Shown here: positions 51,101-58,851 of the stretch, one piece after another | Layout: every line of letters begins with the position of its first letter | Numbering within the stretch: the stretch's first letter is position 1 | Assembly (NCBI GenBank): GCA_965228735.1 | Contig: OZ245838.1 | Coordinates: 4,992,001 to 5,056,000, forward strand | Direction: 5' to 3' | DNA length: 64,000 bases | Source of the DNA: Planctomycetota bacterium | GTDB taxonomy: Bacteria; Planctomycetota; UBA1135; UBA2386 | Notes under the pieces: generated by a model | Told to the model about the DNA's origin: nothing | Database searches by the model: none | The model's input: only the letters and a program-made list of their open reading frames with translations | Made by a program: the position numbers and the translations under genes

Positions 51101-51224
51101 TTTCGCCCCCGGCCGCTACACCCTGACGCTCGAAGTCCCCGACGGCCGCAGCAGCTCCGTCGACTTCACCGTCGACGCCGTTCCCGATCCCGACGCGTTG
51201 ATCGTGCTGCCGTCACCGTGGTAG
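48156..51224 (+). CDS. ECF sigma factor fused via a TM to carboxypeptidase-regulatory-like repeats (paralog of 39862..43218)
   Basis: AEDLVQTTFL, WLLGILANRAR, ATVRSQIHRG; linker; TM; repeats. Confidence 0.88.
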   Translation: MTRERENRLFERFRRRDDARALGRLFDLTARELYRVASHLVRDRQEAEDLVQTTFLVAIESRASFHGDADVLPWLLGILANRARDLRKRASRRQARPLSSIVDESASQPEDENATDPVARAADGELAAATKVAVRSMPEPYRHVLLLHLEHGLSGQEIGEAHDRQPATVRSQIHRGLEMLRRVLPRGFGAAGAGVFVGAALGRTAKAEMKRRVLSAARSHVPVAAGVTGVVLAMKKTIALIAVAAVVAVAVVLEPWADRAAGVVESPGAANVQAATVDDRVEPADDTGVVAAPRVTPKRESVAIDGAGAPSTLRVRVSWSDNEPANAVTVRMRAAGPDGQRAERRAVTDALGVAEFVAVSPGEYVVSGDRGGSAAVEVLAQSEANAELVIPEGVDVRGIVKDADRVPVAGASIWLSPTVDSLSDGIRGLAVTAADGRFEVRDVERARLISATKEGEGAAVAQRVGGVVGGVVELEFELLGAGPGVLEGVVLDPAGNPLPWALVQYGYDHPSRRSPEPRSTPVNDTRTDADGRFRLAGLMAGPPGAHVFVMGEGAAVWLDRVPIPASRGRRFITIRLQRGATLRGTARRMDGEPVPATVRVYWDDIEPREGYTYNGPTWARSEGVAVADGSFEIRNLRPGPALIRAERKEDELAIEQMEFVAGEVRRWDPRLGSGLTISGRVVDEEGRGLPDYLVSASAAKAVTRVLPSRTNAAGEFTIERVFAVDYSLRANDSRGGMNAFGVEAVARPGKPIRLVVPAERIANARITGRVLGPDGQPVSSLSVTVSRLGRDGRVDTSSMRAKAEARFRSKLLWPGTYRVDAYSKEHGHLDLGLHDVAPSEEIDVGTGQYERPGELIVRVVDADGVAIRDGVVIYRREGRGSTRGLVLSSGEARMRAQPGRVRVSTRGFRLTAASVAVDVPAGGRGIAQLVVPHGFERRVQYPAVLHKSTELIVVLRDQSGRTVNIGGGRWDNVGEAMTMTRRFAPGRYTLTLEVPDGRSSSVDFTVDAVPDPDALIVLPSPW

Positions 51225-51256
51225 GGCCGCGCCGCGGGATACGCGGCCGCACGGCG

Positions 51257-52189
51257 TCAGTTCGCGACGACCATGTAGGCCTCGCTCGTGATGATGCTGC
51301 CGCTGGCCAGCGTCGCGGCCTGGGTCCACAGTCGTAGCGGCCGGACCGCGGCCGGGACCGCGATCGTCTGGTGCCCGCTGGCCGCGAGCGTCACGATGTC
51401 CAGGCGCGGCAGCGCGAGGCACGGTCCCGCCGGCCCGATGCCGACGACCGTGGACTGCGCCTGCAGCCCGAAGGCCACCGCGAGGATCGGAAACGACTGA
51501 CCGAACGCAACGGGGGAGTAGTCGAGGTCGCCGTCGAACCGCGGTCGCAGTTCGTAGTCCAACAGATGCGGCACGCAGCTGTCGAGCATCTTGGTCTCGG
51601 TCATGGTGTCGGGGGTGACCTCGAAGCGGAGACTCGCCAAGAACGTGCCCGGCACGGTGAGCGCAGCGCCGACGCGGAGTCGCACGAAGACGGGCGTCGG
51701 GCCGACGGCGAGCAGCGGCAGAGTCATCGAGGATCCGTTCTGCTCGGTGAACTCGAACGCCCCGTCGTCGTGGACGTCGACGCCGATCGCCGGGATCGCC
51801 GTGCCGTTTGGCGCCACCAGCTCGAACTCGATGCGCGGTCGAACGGCCATCGTGACGGGCAGCGTCATCGTCAACCTGTAGTCGGCCGGCGTGACCGTGG
51901 CCTGGCCACCCGCTGGCGCGACGCACGCCATGTTCACCTGGCAGCCGACCTCGCCGGAGTTGGCGTAGCCGTAGCTCACGAGCGTCGCGGTCGCGGCCGG
52001 TGCGTTCGTGGTCGAGACGCTCAGGTCGTTCCACAGCGGGAGCGGCCCGGCGGGCACCGTGAGGGTCTGGGTCTGGGTGCCGGCCGTCGCCGTGACGGTC
52101 AGCGGCGTGATCGCGGCGACGACTGCCGACTGGGCGGTGACGGCGCTGCCCGTGACGGCGAGCGCCACGAGGGCGGAGACTTGCTTCAT
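51257..52189 (-). CDS. Hypothetical exported beta-rich protein
   Basis: GAGGA RBS; signal MKQVSALVALAVTGSAVTAQ; Thr/Val rich. Confidence 0.75.
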   Translation of the reverse strand: MKQVSALVALAVTGSAVTAQSAVVAAITPLTVTATAGTQTQTLTVPAGPLPLWNDLSVSTTNAPAATATLVSYGYANSGEVGCQVNMACVAPAGGQATVTPADYRLTMTLPVTMAVRPRIEFELVAPNGTAIPAIGVDVHDDGAFEFTEQNGSSMTLPLLAVGPTPVFVRLRVGAALTVPGTFLASLRFEVTPDTMTETKMLDSCVPHLLDYELRPRFDGDLDYSPVAFGQSFPILAVAFGLQAQSTVVGIGPAGPCLALPRLDIVTLAASGHQTIAVPAAVRPLRLWTQAATLASGSIITSEAYMVVAN

Positions 52190-52289
52190 ACGTGGTTCCT
52201 CGCGGAGCACGGGAGCGACGACGTGTTCCGGCGGTTGGCATAATCCCGGCGAACCAGCGGGTAACAGGATCGCCGCGCGCCGTTAGTGA

Positions 52290-53273
52290 CTATGCCGAAC
52301 GCGTCGTCGTCGACCCGGGCCGCGGCGGCGCCGCGGCCGGCCGCCTGAACAGCCGCGCGTTGCCGACCAGGCCGACGACGATGAGCGCCATGCCCGCCGC
52401 ACTCCAGCCGTTGGGGAACGCGCCGAACACCACCGCCCCGACCACCGTCGCGAGCGCGATCTGCAGATACCCGACGGTCATCGCGCGGCCGGCGGGCGCG
52501 CGCGACAGGCCCTTCGTCAGCGCCAGTTGCCCGAGCTGCGTCACGATGCCGATCGCGACGAGCAGCCCCCATTCGAAGCCGGTCGGCCAGACCCACTGGT
52601 GGATGGCGAACGGCGCGGACATCGTCACCGTGACGACCGGGAAGAAGAAGACGACGCGCAGCGGGTGCACGTTCTGCCCGAGCTTGCGCACCGACACGTA
52701 GGCGAACGCGGAGAGGAACGAGCCGAGCAGGCCGATGCCGACGAAGCGCCAGTCGAGCGCCGCGGAGCCGCTGGGATCACCGCCAGCAACATCTTCTGGA
52801 TGGCCGCCGCCGAACAGCTGCTGCGGCTGCGCGATGAGCACGACGCCGGTGAGGCAGACGACGGTCGCGACGAGCACCGTGCCCTCGAGTCGTTCCTTGA
52901 GGAACCACGCGGCGACGAGCGCGGTGAAGAGCGGCGACGTCTGGTGGATTACCGTCGCCTCGGCGAGCGGCAGTCCGTCCACGGCGGCGTAGAAGCAGAC
53001 GAGCGCGGTGGAGCCGAAAATGCCCCGCAGGAGCAACAGCCCGGTGCGGTCGCCGAACGGCGAGATGCCCGCGCACCAGAGCATCAGCACGCTGAGCGTC
53101 AGCGTCACGACGCCGCGCGCGAACACGAGCATCATGACCGGCAGGTTCACGCCCGCCAGCTTGACGAACAGCGACATGGCCGTGAACCAGATCACGGCCT
53201 GGACCATGTCGCCCAGGCCGGATGGTTGCCGTCCGACGGACGGCGGGGTCCGGGCGTCGCTATCGGCTGGCAA
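52290..53273 (-). CDS. DMT/EamA family transporter
   Basis: About 10 TMs; LLLRG, LPLAEATVI..TSPLF..LKERL; start 53273 (TTG) or 53207. Confidence 0.9.
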   Translation of the reverse strand: MPADSDARTPPSVGRQPSGLGDMVQAVIWFTAMSLFVKLAGVNLPVMMLVFARGVVTLTLSVLMLWCAGISPFGDRTGLLLLRGIFGSTALVCFYAAVDGLPLAEATVIHQTSPLFTALVAAWFLKERLEGTVLVATVVCLTGVVLIAQPQQLFGGGHPEDVAGGDPSGSAALDWRFVGIGLLGSFLSAFAYVSVRKLGQNVHPLRVVFFFPVVTVTMSAPFAIHQWVWPTGFEWGLLVAIGIVTQLGQLALTKGLSRAPAGRAMTVGYLQIALATVVGAVVFGAFPNGWSAAGMALIVVGLVGNARLFRRPAAAPPRPGSTTTRSA

Positions 53274-53300
53274 CGGACTCCTGCCTCGGGCGCATGTCGC

Positions 53301-53885
53301 TCAGTTCTCGACTTCCTTGCAGTCGAGGTTGCTGAACGTCCACGCTCCGTTCGTGCCGACGAGCGCCTGGCTCGACACCGTGACGCCGAGATACTGCGGC
53401 AGCGTCGGCATCGTGAAGTTGAAGCGGAACTGGTTCTGGTTCGTCGCGATGCCCGAGCGGAACGACACCGGTGTCTGGCCGAGCAGGTAGGTGCCGGCGT
53501 TGCCGAACGGCGTGTAGCCGGTGTTCCAGACGAAGTCGATGAACACGAAGCAGAACGAGCCGTTCGGCGCGTTGACCTCCCACGAGTTGGACTCGCCGAA
53601 CTCGAGGTTGCCCATGTCCATGATCTTCGTGGCCGGAGCGATCTGGTCGACGCGCAGGATCGGGTTGGCGGCCGTGCCGATGTTGACGACCTCCATCACC
53701 GCTTCGTTGTTGGTCCAATTGTTGAGGTTGATGGTGTTGCTCACCATCGGGATGTTGGTGCAGTCCAGGAAGAACTGGTTCTGCGTGCCCTGCACGTCCT
53801 CGACGCCGCCGCGGAGCGTCTGGGTCTGAGCGGGGAGCACTGCTGCCGCAGCGGCGATCAGGAGAAGGGTCTTGGAGAGGTTCAT
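53301..53885 (-). CDS. Hypothetical exported protein
   Basis: Signal MNLSKTLLLIAAAAAVLPAQ; strong codon bias; Asn-rich beta content. Confidence 0.8.
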   Translation of the reverse strand: MNLSKTLLLIAAAAAVLPAQTQTLRGGVEDVQGTQNQFFLDCTNIPMVSNTINLNNWTNNEAVMEVVNIGTAANPILRVDQIAPATKIMDMGNLEFGESNSWEVNAPNGSFCFVFIDFVWNTGYTPFGNAGTYLLGQTPVSFRSGIATNQNQFRFNFTMPTLPQYLGVTVSSQALVGTNGAWTFSNLDCKEVEN

Positions 53886-54066
53886 GGTCAGGTCTCGCGT
53901 GTTCTTGGTGGATTGAGTTGGTTTCGAACACGCGAGACGGGGCAACGACCGTGCCAGGCCGCGAAAACGGGCGGCCGTGCGGAATCCGGGCGATCGCGGC
54001 CCGTCGCCGTCCGGATCGTGAACACGCCCGGGTGGCTGGCGCCACCGCGCCGGGGATTGAGGGCGC

Positions 54067-55113
54067 TCAGTCCGCCGACGCGAGCGACTGATCGAGCATG
54101 TCGCTGTAGCGCTTCTCGCCGCGGCCCTTGCCGCTGTCCTTGTGGTAGCAGTAGCCCGCGATCAGCGGCAGGATCGTCGTGGCCTCGCCGTAGACCATCT
54201 GTTCGAAGCTCGTCGAGACCTTGCCCCACGAGCTCGCCTCCTTGAGCGTCGAGCCCGACAGCGCGCCGTCGCGTTCGTCGGCGACGGTGATCTGGATCGC
54301 GTATTTGTGCATCGAGGCCTCTTCGCCAAGGATGTCCGCCGCGACGACGATGTCCTGTGCGAAGTTCTTCGGCACGCCGCCGCCGATCATGAACAGGCCC
54401 GTATCGGCGGCCGCCATCTTGATGCGCGTGAGCTCGAGGAAGTCCTTCGCGGAGTCGATGCTCAGCGTCGGCTTGCCGACGAGGCCGTTCTTGTACTGGT
54501 GCTCGACGAGGCCGAAGCCCGCGCTGCAGTCGCTGAACGCCGGGCAGAAGATCGGCACGGCCTTCTCGTAGGCGCGCAGCACGATCGACTCCTTGGTCTT
54601 GCCGTGGTCCTGCAGGTGCTTGCCCATCGCGGCGATGAACTCGCGTGAGCTGTGCGGCCGGGCTTCCAGCGAATCGGCGATCTGCTTGCACGTGTCGTCC
54701 GTGATGCGCAGCTCGTCCTCGTCGATGTAGGTGTCGTAGATGCGATCGATCGACAGATCACGCAGCGCGTTGTCGTCGATGAACGGCGTGCCCTGCCAAT
54801 GGCTGAAGCCGAGGCCCTCGAAGAAGTCCTGGTCGACGATGTTGGCGCCCGTCGACACGATCGCGTCGACCATGTCGCGCTCGAGCATCTGCAGGATGAC
54901 CTTCTTGAGTCCGGCCGACACGAGCGAGCCCGCCAGGCACAGGACCACGGCGCAGTCCTTCTCCTGCAGCATCATCTCGTAGATGCGCGCGGCACGAGCC
55001 GTGTTGCGGGCTTGGAACGCCATCTTCTCCATCGCGTCCACGAGCGGGACGGGGTTGAACGTGTCCAGGGAGAGGTGTTCGACCTTGGTCTTGAGGAGGT
55101 CCTGCTTGTTCAT
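54067..55113 (-). CDS. speY: Deoxyhypusine synthase-like protein (bacterial SpeY type, homospermidine pathway)
   Basis: AIVSTGANIVDQDFFE, DRIYDTYIDE, GGGVPKNF, DGALSGSTLKEASSWGKV. Confidence 0.8.
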   Translation of the reverse strand: MNKQDLLKTKVEHLSLDTFNPVPLVDAMEKMAFQARNTARAARIYEMMLQEKDCAVVLCLAGSLVSAGLKKVILQMLERDMVDAIVSTGANIVDQDFFEGLGFSHWQGTPFIDDNALRDLSIDRIYDTYIDEDELRITDDTCKQIADSLEARPHSSREFIAAMGKHLQDHGKTKESIVLRAYEKAVPIFCPAFSDCSAGFGLVEHQYKNGLVGKPTLSIDSAKDFLELTRIKMAAADTGLFMIGGGVPKNFAQDIVVAADILGEEASMHKYAIQITVADERDGALSGSTLKEASSWGKVSTSFEQMVYGEATTILPLIAGYCYHKDSGKGRGEKRYSDMLDQSLASAD

Positions 55114-55209
55114 TCGAATGCACTCCGGAGCCACCTTGGAAGGGCCCCGGAACGGGGCGGGTGGCGGATCGGGGCGACCATCGTAGCGGCCTCGGAGCCG
55201 CGATTCTCG

Positions 55210-56280
55210 CTACTTCAGGCCGAGCGCCTCGGCGAAGCCGCGGTGGCGTTCCTGCGCCGGACTCGACGTCATGAGCCCCTGCAGCTCGACGATGACCCCG
55301 CCGTCCCCGAACCGGGTCCGGGCGTAGGCCCCGGCAGCGCGGCCGATCGCGGTGTTGTCGCCGCCGATGAAGCAGGTGAACCCGTCGTCCTCGCCGCCGA
55401 GCTCGCGGTCGATCACGATGACCTTGATGCCGGCGTCGACGGCCTCCTTGCAGACCGCTGCCAACGCGAGCGACTCCTTGGGCGAGATCAGGATCGCGTT
55501 GAAGTTCTGGGCGATGAAGTCGCGCACGATGCCGCGTTGCACCTCGACGTCGTCGTTGGCGGAGCGGTAGTGGTACTCGATCTGCGGATACCGCTTCGCC
55601 GCCGCTTCGAGGTCGCGGCCCATCTGCTGCCGCCACGGCTCGTCGTCGGTGCATTGGCTCATGCCGATGCGGAACACGACGTCGATCCGTGGCTCGGTCG
55701 ACAGGACGCCGGCGTGTTGCTGCCGCAGGTTGGCGAGCACGAACGCGCCCGGCGACGTGATGCGGCGACCGCCGGCCGCGATCGACGCCTTGGTGTACTC
55801 GATCGTCCCGAGCGGAATCCGTTTCGGCAGGTCGATGCCGCTGCACGCGAGTAACGCGAGGTCGATCGCCTCGGCGCCGCACGTCGGATACGCGAACGTC
55901 GCGTCGATGAGGCCGTCGCGGACGAGCTGCTGACCGTGGCCGTCGCCGGGCAGGCCGTCGACGCCGATGATCGTGATGCCCTTGCGACCCTTCTGCCGGC
56001 ACGCCTGCGCCGCGCCCTTGGCCATCGGGTCGTTGTGGGCGTAGATCAGGTCGATCTCAGGCAGCCGCTCGAGCACGGCCTCCATCTCGCGCTGCGCGAC
56101 GTCGCCCTTCCAGCGGGCATCGGCCTGGTGGCGCACCACGAACGTGCCGTCCTCGTTCTGCATGACGCCGTCCGTGCCGCCGCCGGCTGCGTCGCCGTCG
56201 CTGTCGCCGCACGCCGCGCCGAGCGCAGCGACGATCAGGAGGAGCGGGTTGGCGAACGGCGAATGGTGGGGGCGGGTCAT
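55210..56280 (-). CDS. Sugar ABC substrate-binding lipoprotein, RbsB-like, circularly permuted
   Basis: GAAC lipobox; IYAHNDPMA..IIGVDG..ATF.YP precedes IGMSQ..EPWR..ISP..IDR..GGDN..ERHRGF. Confidence 0.9.
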   Translation of the reverse strand: MTRPHHSPFANPLLLIVAALGAACGDSDGDAAGGGTDGVMQNEDGTFVVRHQADARWKGDVAQREMEAVLERLPEIDLIYAHNDPMAKGAAQACRQKGRKGITIIGVDGLPGDGHGQQLVRDGLIDATFAYPTCGAEAIDLALLACSGIDLPKRIPLGTIEYTKASIAAGGRRITSPGAFVLANLRQQHAGVLSTEPRIDVVFRIGMSQCTDDEPWRQQMGRDLEAAAKRYPQIEYHYRSANDDVEVQRGIVRDFIAQNFNAILISPKESLALAAVCKEAVDAGIKVIVIDRELGGEDDGFTCFIGGDNTAIGRAAGAYARTRFGDGGVIVELQGLMTSSPAQERHRGFAEALGLK

Positions 56281-57230
56281 TGGCGACGGTCCTGCAGGAG
56301 AACGGCTGCGAGGATGATCCCTCCTTGCAGCACGAGGCGCCAGTGCGTGGGCACGCCGTTGAGCGCGAGGACCTTCTCGAGCAGGCCGAGCGTCAGGACG
56401 CCGAGCAGGGCGAGCCACACGCTGCCGCGGCCGCCGAGCAGGCTGACGCCGCCGACGACGACGGCCGCGATCGTCTGCAGCTCGAGCAGTTCACCGGCCG
56501 ACGGATTGCCCTGCACGTTGCGCGCGACGTGGCAGATGCTCGCGAGCCCCGCGCCCGCGCCGCTCAGCACGTAGGTCCAGGTCAGAACGCGCGCGGTCGG
56601 CACACCGGAGAGCCGCGCGGCCTCCGCGTTGCCGCCGGTCGCGAGCAGGTGGCGGCCGAAGACGCTGCGCTGCTGCCAAACCGCGGCCGCGATCGCGACG
56701 GCGACGAACAGCAGGCCGGCGACCGGCACCGGGCCGACGCGACCCGCGAGCACTTCCCAGGACCCGGGGCCGAAGCTGTCGGCCGGCACGAAGCGCGAGC
56801 TCGCTGCCTGCTCCGCGAGCTCCGGCAGCCAGCGCGCGAGGCCGCGCGCGATCACCATCGTCGCGAGGGTCGCGAGGAACGGCTGCACCCGCAGCCGCGT
56901 GACGAGCAGGCCGTTGGCGAATCCGGCGAGCGCGCCCACAGAGATCGCAGCCGCGCTCGCGACCGGCCACGGCAGCTCCGCGCGCAGCGACAGCCCGGCG
57001 AACGTCATCCCCGACAGCGCCAGCACCGCGCCGACGGACAGGTCGATGCCGCGCCCGAGGATCACGAGACACTGCCCGACGGCGCAGATGCCGACCGTCG
57101 CGAGCGCACCGAGCAGGTCGAGGTGCAGCTGCGGCCGGAAGAACGCGCCGTCCCCGTGGAAGACCGCGCCGATCCCGAGCACGAGGAGCAGCGCCGCAAG
57201 CGCGCGCACGGTCGGGGCAGCGGGTCGCAT
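56277..57230 (-). CDS. Sugar ABC transporter permease (RbsC family)
   Basis: GIDLSVG, PFLATL, GGNAEAARLSGV, ELQTIAAVVVGGVSLLGGRG. Confidence 0.92.
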   Translation of the reverse strand: MRPAAPTVRALAALLLVLGIGAVFHGDGAFFRPQLHLDLLGALATVGICAVGQCLVILGRGIDLSVGAVLALSGMTFAGLSLRAELPWPVASAAAISVGALAGFANGLLVTRLRVQPFLATLATMVIARGLARWLPELAEQAASSRFVPADSFGPGSWEVLAGRVGPVPVAGLLFVAVAIAAAVWQQRSVFGRHLLATGGNAEAARLSGVPTARVLTWTYVLSGAGAGLASICHVARNVQGNPSAGELLELQTIAAVVVGGVSLLGGRGSVWLALLGVLTLGLLEKVLALNGVPTHWRLVLQGGIILAAVLLQDRRQ

Positions 57231-57236
57231 CGGTGG

Positions 57237-58295
57237 TCAGTCGGTGGGCGGGGCGGAGAAGAAGCGGACGAACTCGGCCTCCACGGCAGCCGGCGCGAGC
57301 GCGCTCGGCCGCAGCTCGCGCGACACCTTGCCGTACTCCTGCTCGCTCGGCACGCCGAAGTAGAGCTCGGGGATCGGCGCCGTCGGCGGGTCGGCGAGCC
57401 ACTGACCGCCGTTGCGGTCCGGTTCGAGTTCCGCGAGGCGCGCGGCGAGCGGGCGCAGATCGCGGCGCGCCGGCGCCTGGATCGTGACGAGCTCGAACCA
57501 CGACTCCGTGCGATCGTGGTAGCGGTAGCGCGGTCCGTCGCTGCCGGTCGCGACGTGCAGCACGCGATAGGCGCCCGCGAGGGTGTTGAGCGTCATCCGA
57601 TGCCGCGGCCCGCCACCGCGGAGCACGCCGAAGCCGAGTTCGCGGTGGTGTCGACGCTCGAGCGCCCCGTCGAGCCCCGCGGTGATCTCTTCCTGCACGC
57701 GCGCCATCTCGGCTTCGTAGAGCGCGCCGTAGCCGCCCGGATGATCGAGCACGGACACGGCGTTCTCCATGAGCCACTCGTAGCGTCGCAGCGAGCGCTC
57801 GGCCGCGTCCGCGCAGCGGTCGAACACGCCGCGCACCGGCGACTCCGCGGTCGCGAGGTTGGCGACGATCCGGTCCACCGCGAAGCCGCGCCAGCTCTGC
57901 CAACTGCCGAAGTCCCCCGTCGCGGCGGCCGCCCGCAGCAGCTCCTCCCGCGCGGCCGCGACGTCGGGTTGCAGGATCGCAAGCAGCGAACCGAACCCGT
58001 CCGTGTCGTAGTGGTCGTTCACCACGAGCTCGGCCTCGCCGAGGAAGCGGGCCTGCGCCGAGGGCTCCGCCCGGACGAAACGGAAGCAGATCTCCGTGCT
58101 GAGGTCGGCCTTCCACGCCCCGGGCGTTCGGTTGCCGGGCCAGTGCGACAGATTGGGCCCGGCCGGGGTCATGCCGTCGACCGACAGATGCGGCGCGGCG
58201 ATCCCGGTCGGCCCGGCGAATCCGAGTTTCAGGCGTGCGAGGGGCGATTCTCGAGATGGCAATGGCATCGGCACCAGCGGCTTAGGACCGGGCAT
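57237..58295 (-). CDS. Conserved hypothetical protein (DUF6687-like)
   Basis: SVDG..NLSHWPGNRTP..KADLSTE..NDHYDTDG motifs; family name recalled, not searched; start may be 58268. Confidence 0.65.
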   Translation of the reverse strand: MPGPKPLVPMPLPSRESPLARLKLGFAGPTGIAAPHLSVDGMTPAGPNLSHWPGNRTPGAWKADLSTEICFRFVRAEPSAQARFLGEAELVVNDHYDTDGFGSLLAILQPDVAAAREELLRAAAATGDFGSWQSWRGFAVDRIVANLATAESPVRGVFDRCADAAERSLRRYEWLMENAVSVLDHPGGYGALYEAEMARVQEEITAGLDGALERRHHRELGFGVLRGGGPRHRMTLNTLAGAYRVLHVATGSDGPRYRYHDRTESWFELVTIQAPARRDLRPLAARLAELEPDRNGGQWLADPPTAPIPELYFGVPSEQEYGKVSRELRPSALAPAAVEAEFVRFFSAPPTD

Positions 58296-58418
58296 CCGGG
58301 CGCCCGAGTCTTGCCTCGAGAATTGTGCATCCTATTCCCCGGACAAGCGAAGCCAGTCAGTGTCGAGGTCACCAGACCTGGCTCTGGCTGGCTGAGACGA
58401 GAGAGAGCAAGAGTGGCG

Positions 58419-58459
58419 CCGGCCGCCGGGGCTCACCCCCCGGCGGCCGGTTTTTATTT
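58419..58459 (+). terminator. Intrinsic terminator
   Basis: 13-bp stem CCGGCCGCCGGGG/CCCCGGCGGCCGG followed by TTTTTATTT. Confidence 0.75.
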
Positions 58460-58489
58460 GCCCCCGCTCTCCCGGCCTGGGGAACGCGC

Positions 58490-58517
58490 TTGCATCGTCA
58501 CCGCCGCAAGCTAGATT
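58490..58517 (+). promoter_or_regulatory. Sigma70-like promoter of tRNA-Asp
   Basis: TTGCAT-N16-TAGATT, 18 nt before the tRNA. Confidence 0.45.
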
Positions 58518-58535
58518 CCTCGACCCCCAAGGCGT

Positions 58536-58612
<77 letters not shown>

Positions 58613-58615
58613 CAC

Positions 58616-58667
58616 AGAACCCCTCGGAATGGCCCTCTAGGGCATGTTCCGAGGGGTTCTTCGTTTC
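58616..58667 (+). terminator. Hairpin/terminator after tRNA-Asp
   Basis: 14-bp stem AGAACCCCTCGGAA/TTCCGAGGGGTTCT followed by TCGTTTC. Confidence 0.65.
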
Positions 58668-58851
58668 AGGGGCGAAACGGGGGAATCCGCGTCTTTCGCG
58701 AGAGCCGTGTCACCCAGGGTGTCACCGGGCCGCGAGCCGCCTCGACGAGTGCGAGGTTGCGCTCCAGATACGACGACGCCCGGCGATCGAGGAACCTTGG
58801 CGGGGGACCGATCGTCGGGCGCTGTCCGAGCAGGAGGATCACCCGCGGCGA

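Noticed and set aside
54067..55113. Eukaryote-like hypusination system
   Set aside because: Bacterial DHS-like/SpeY proteins are known and act in polyamine synthesis; no eIF5A-like partner here
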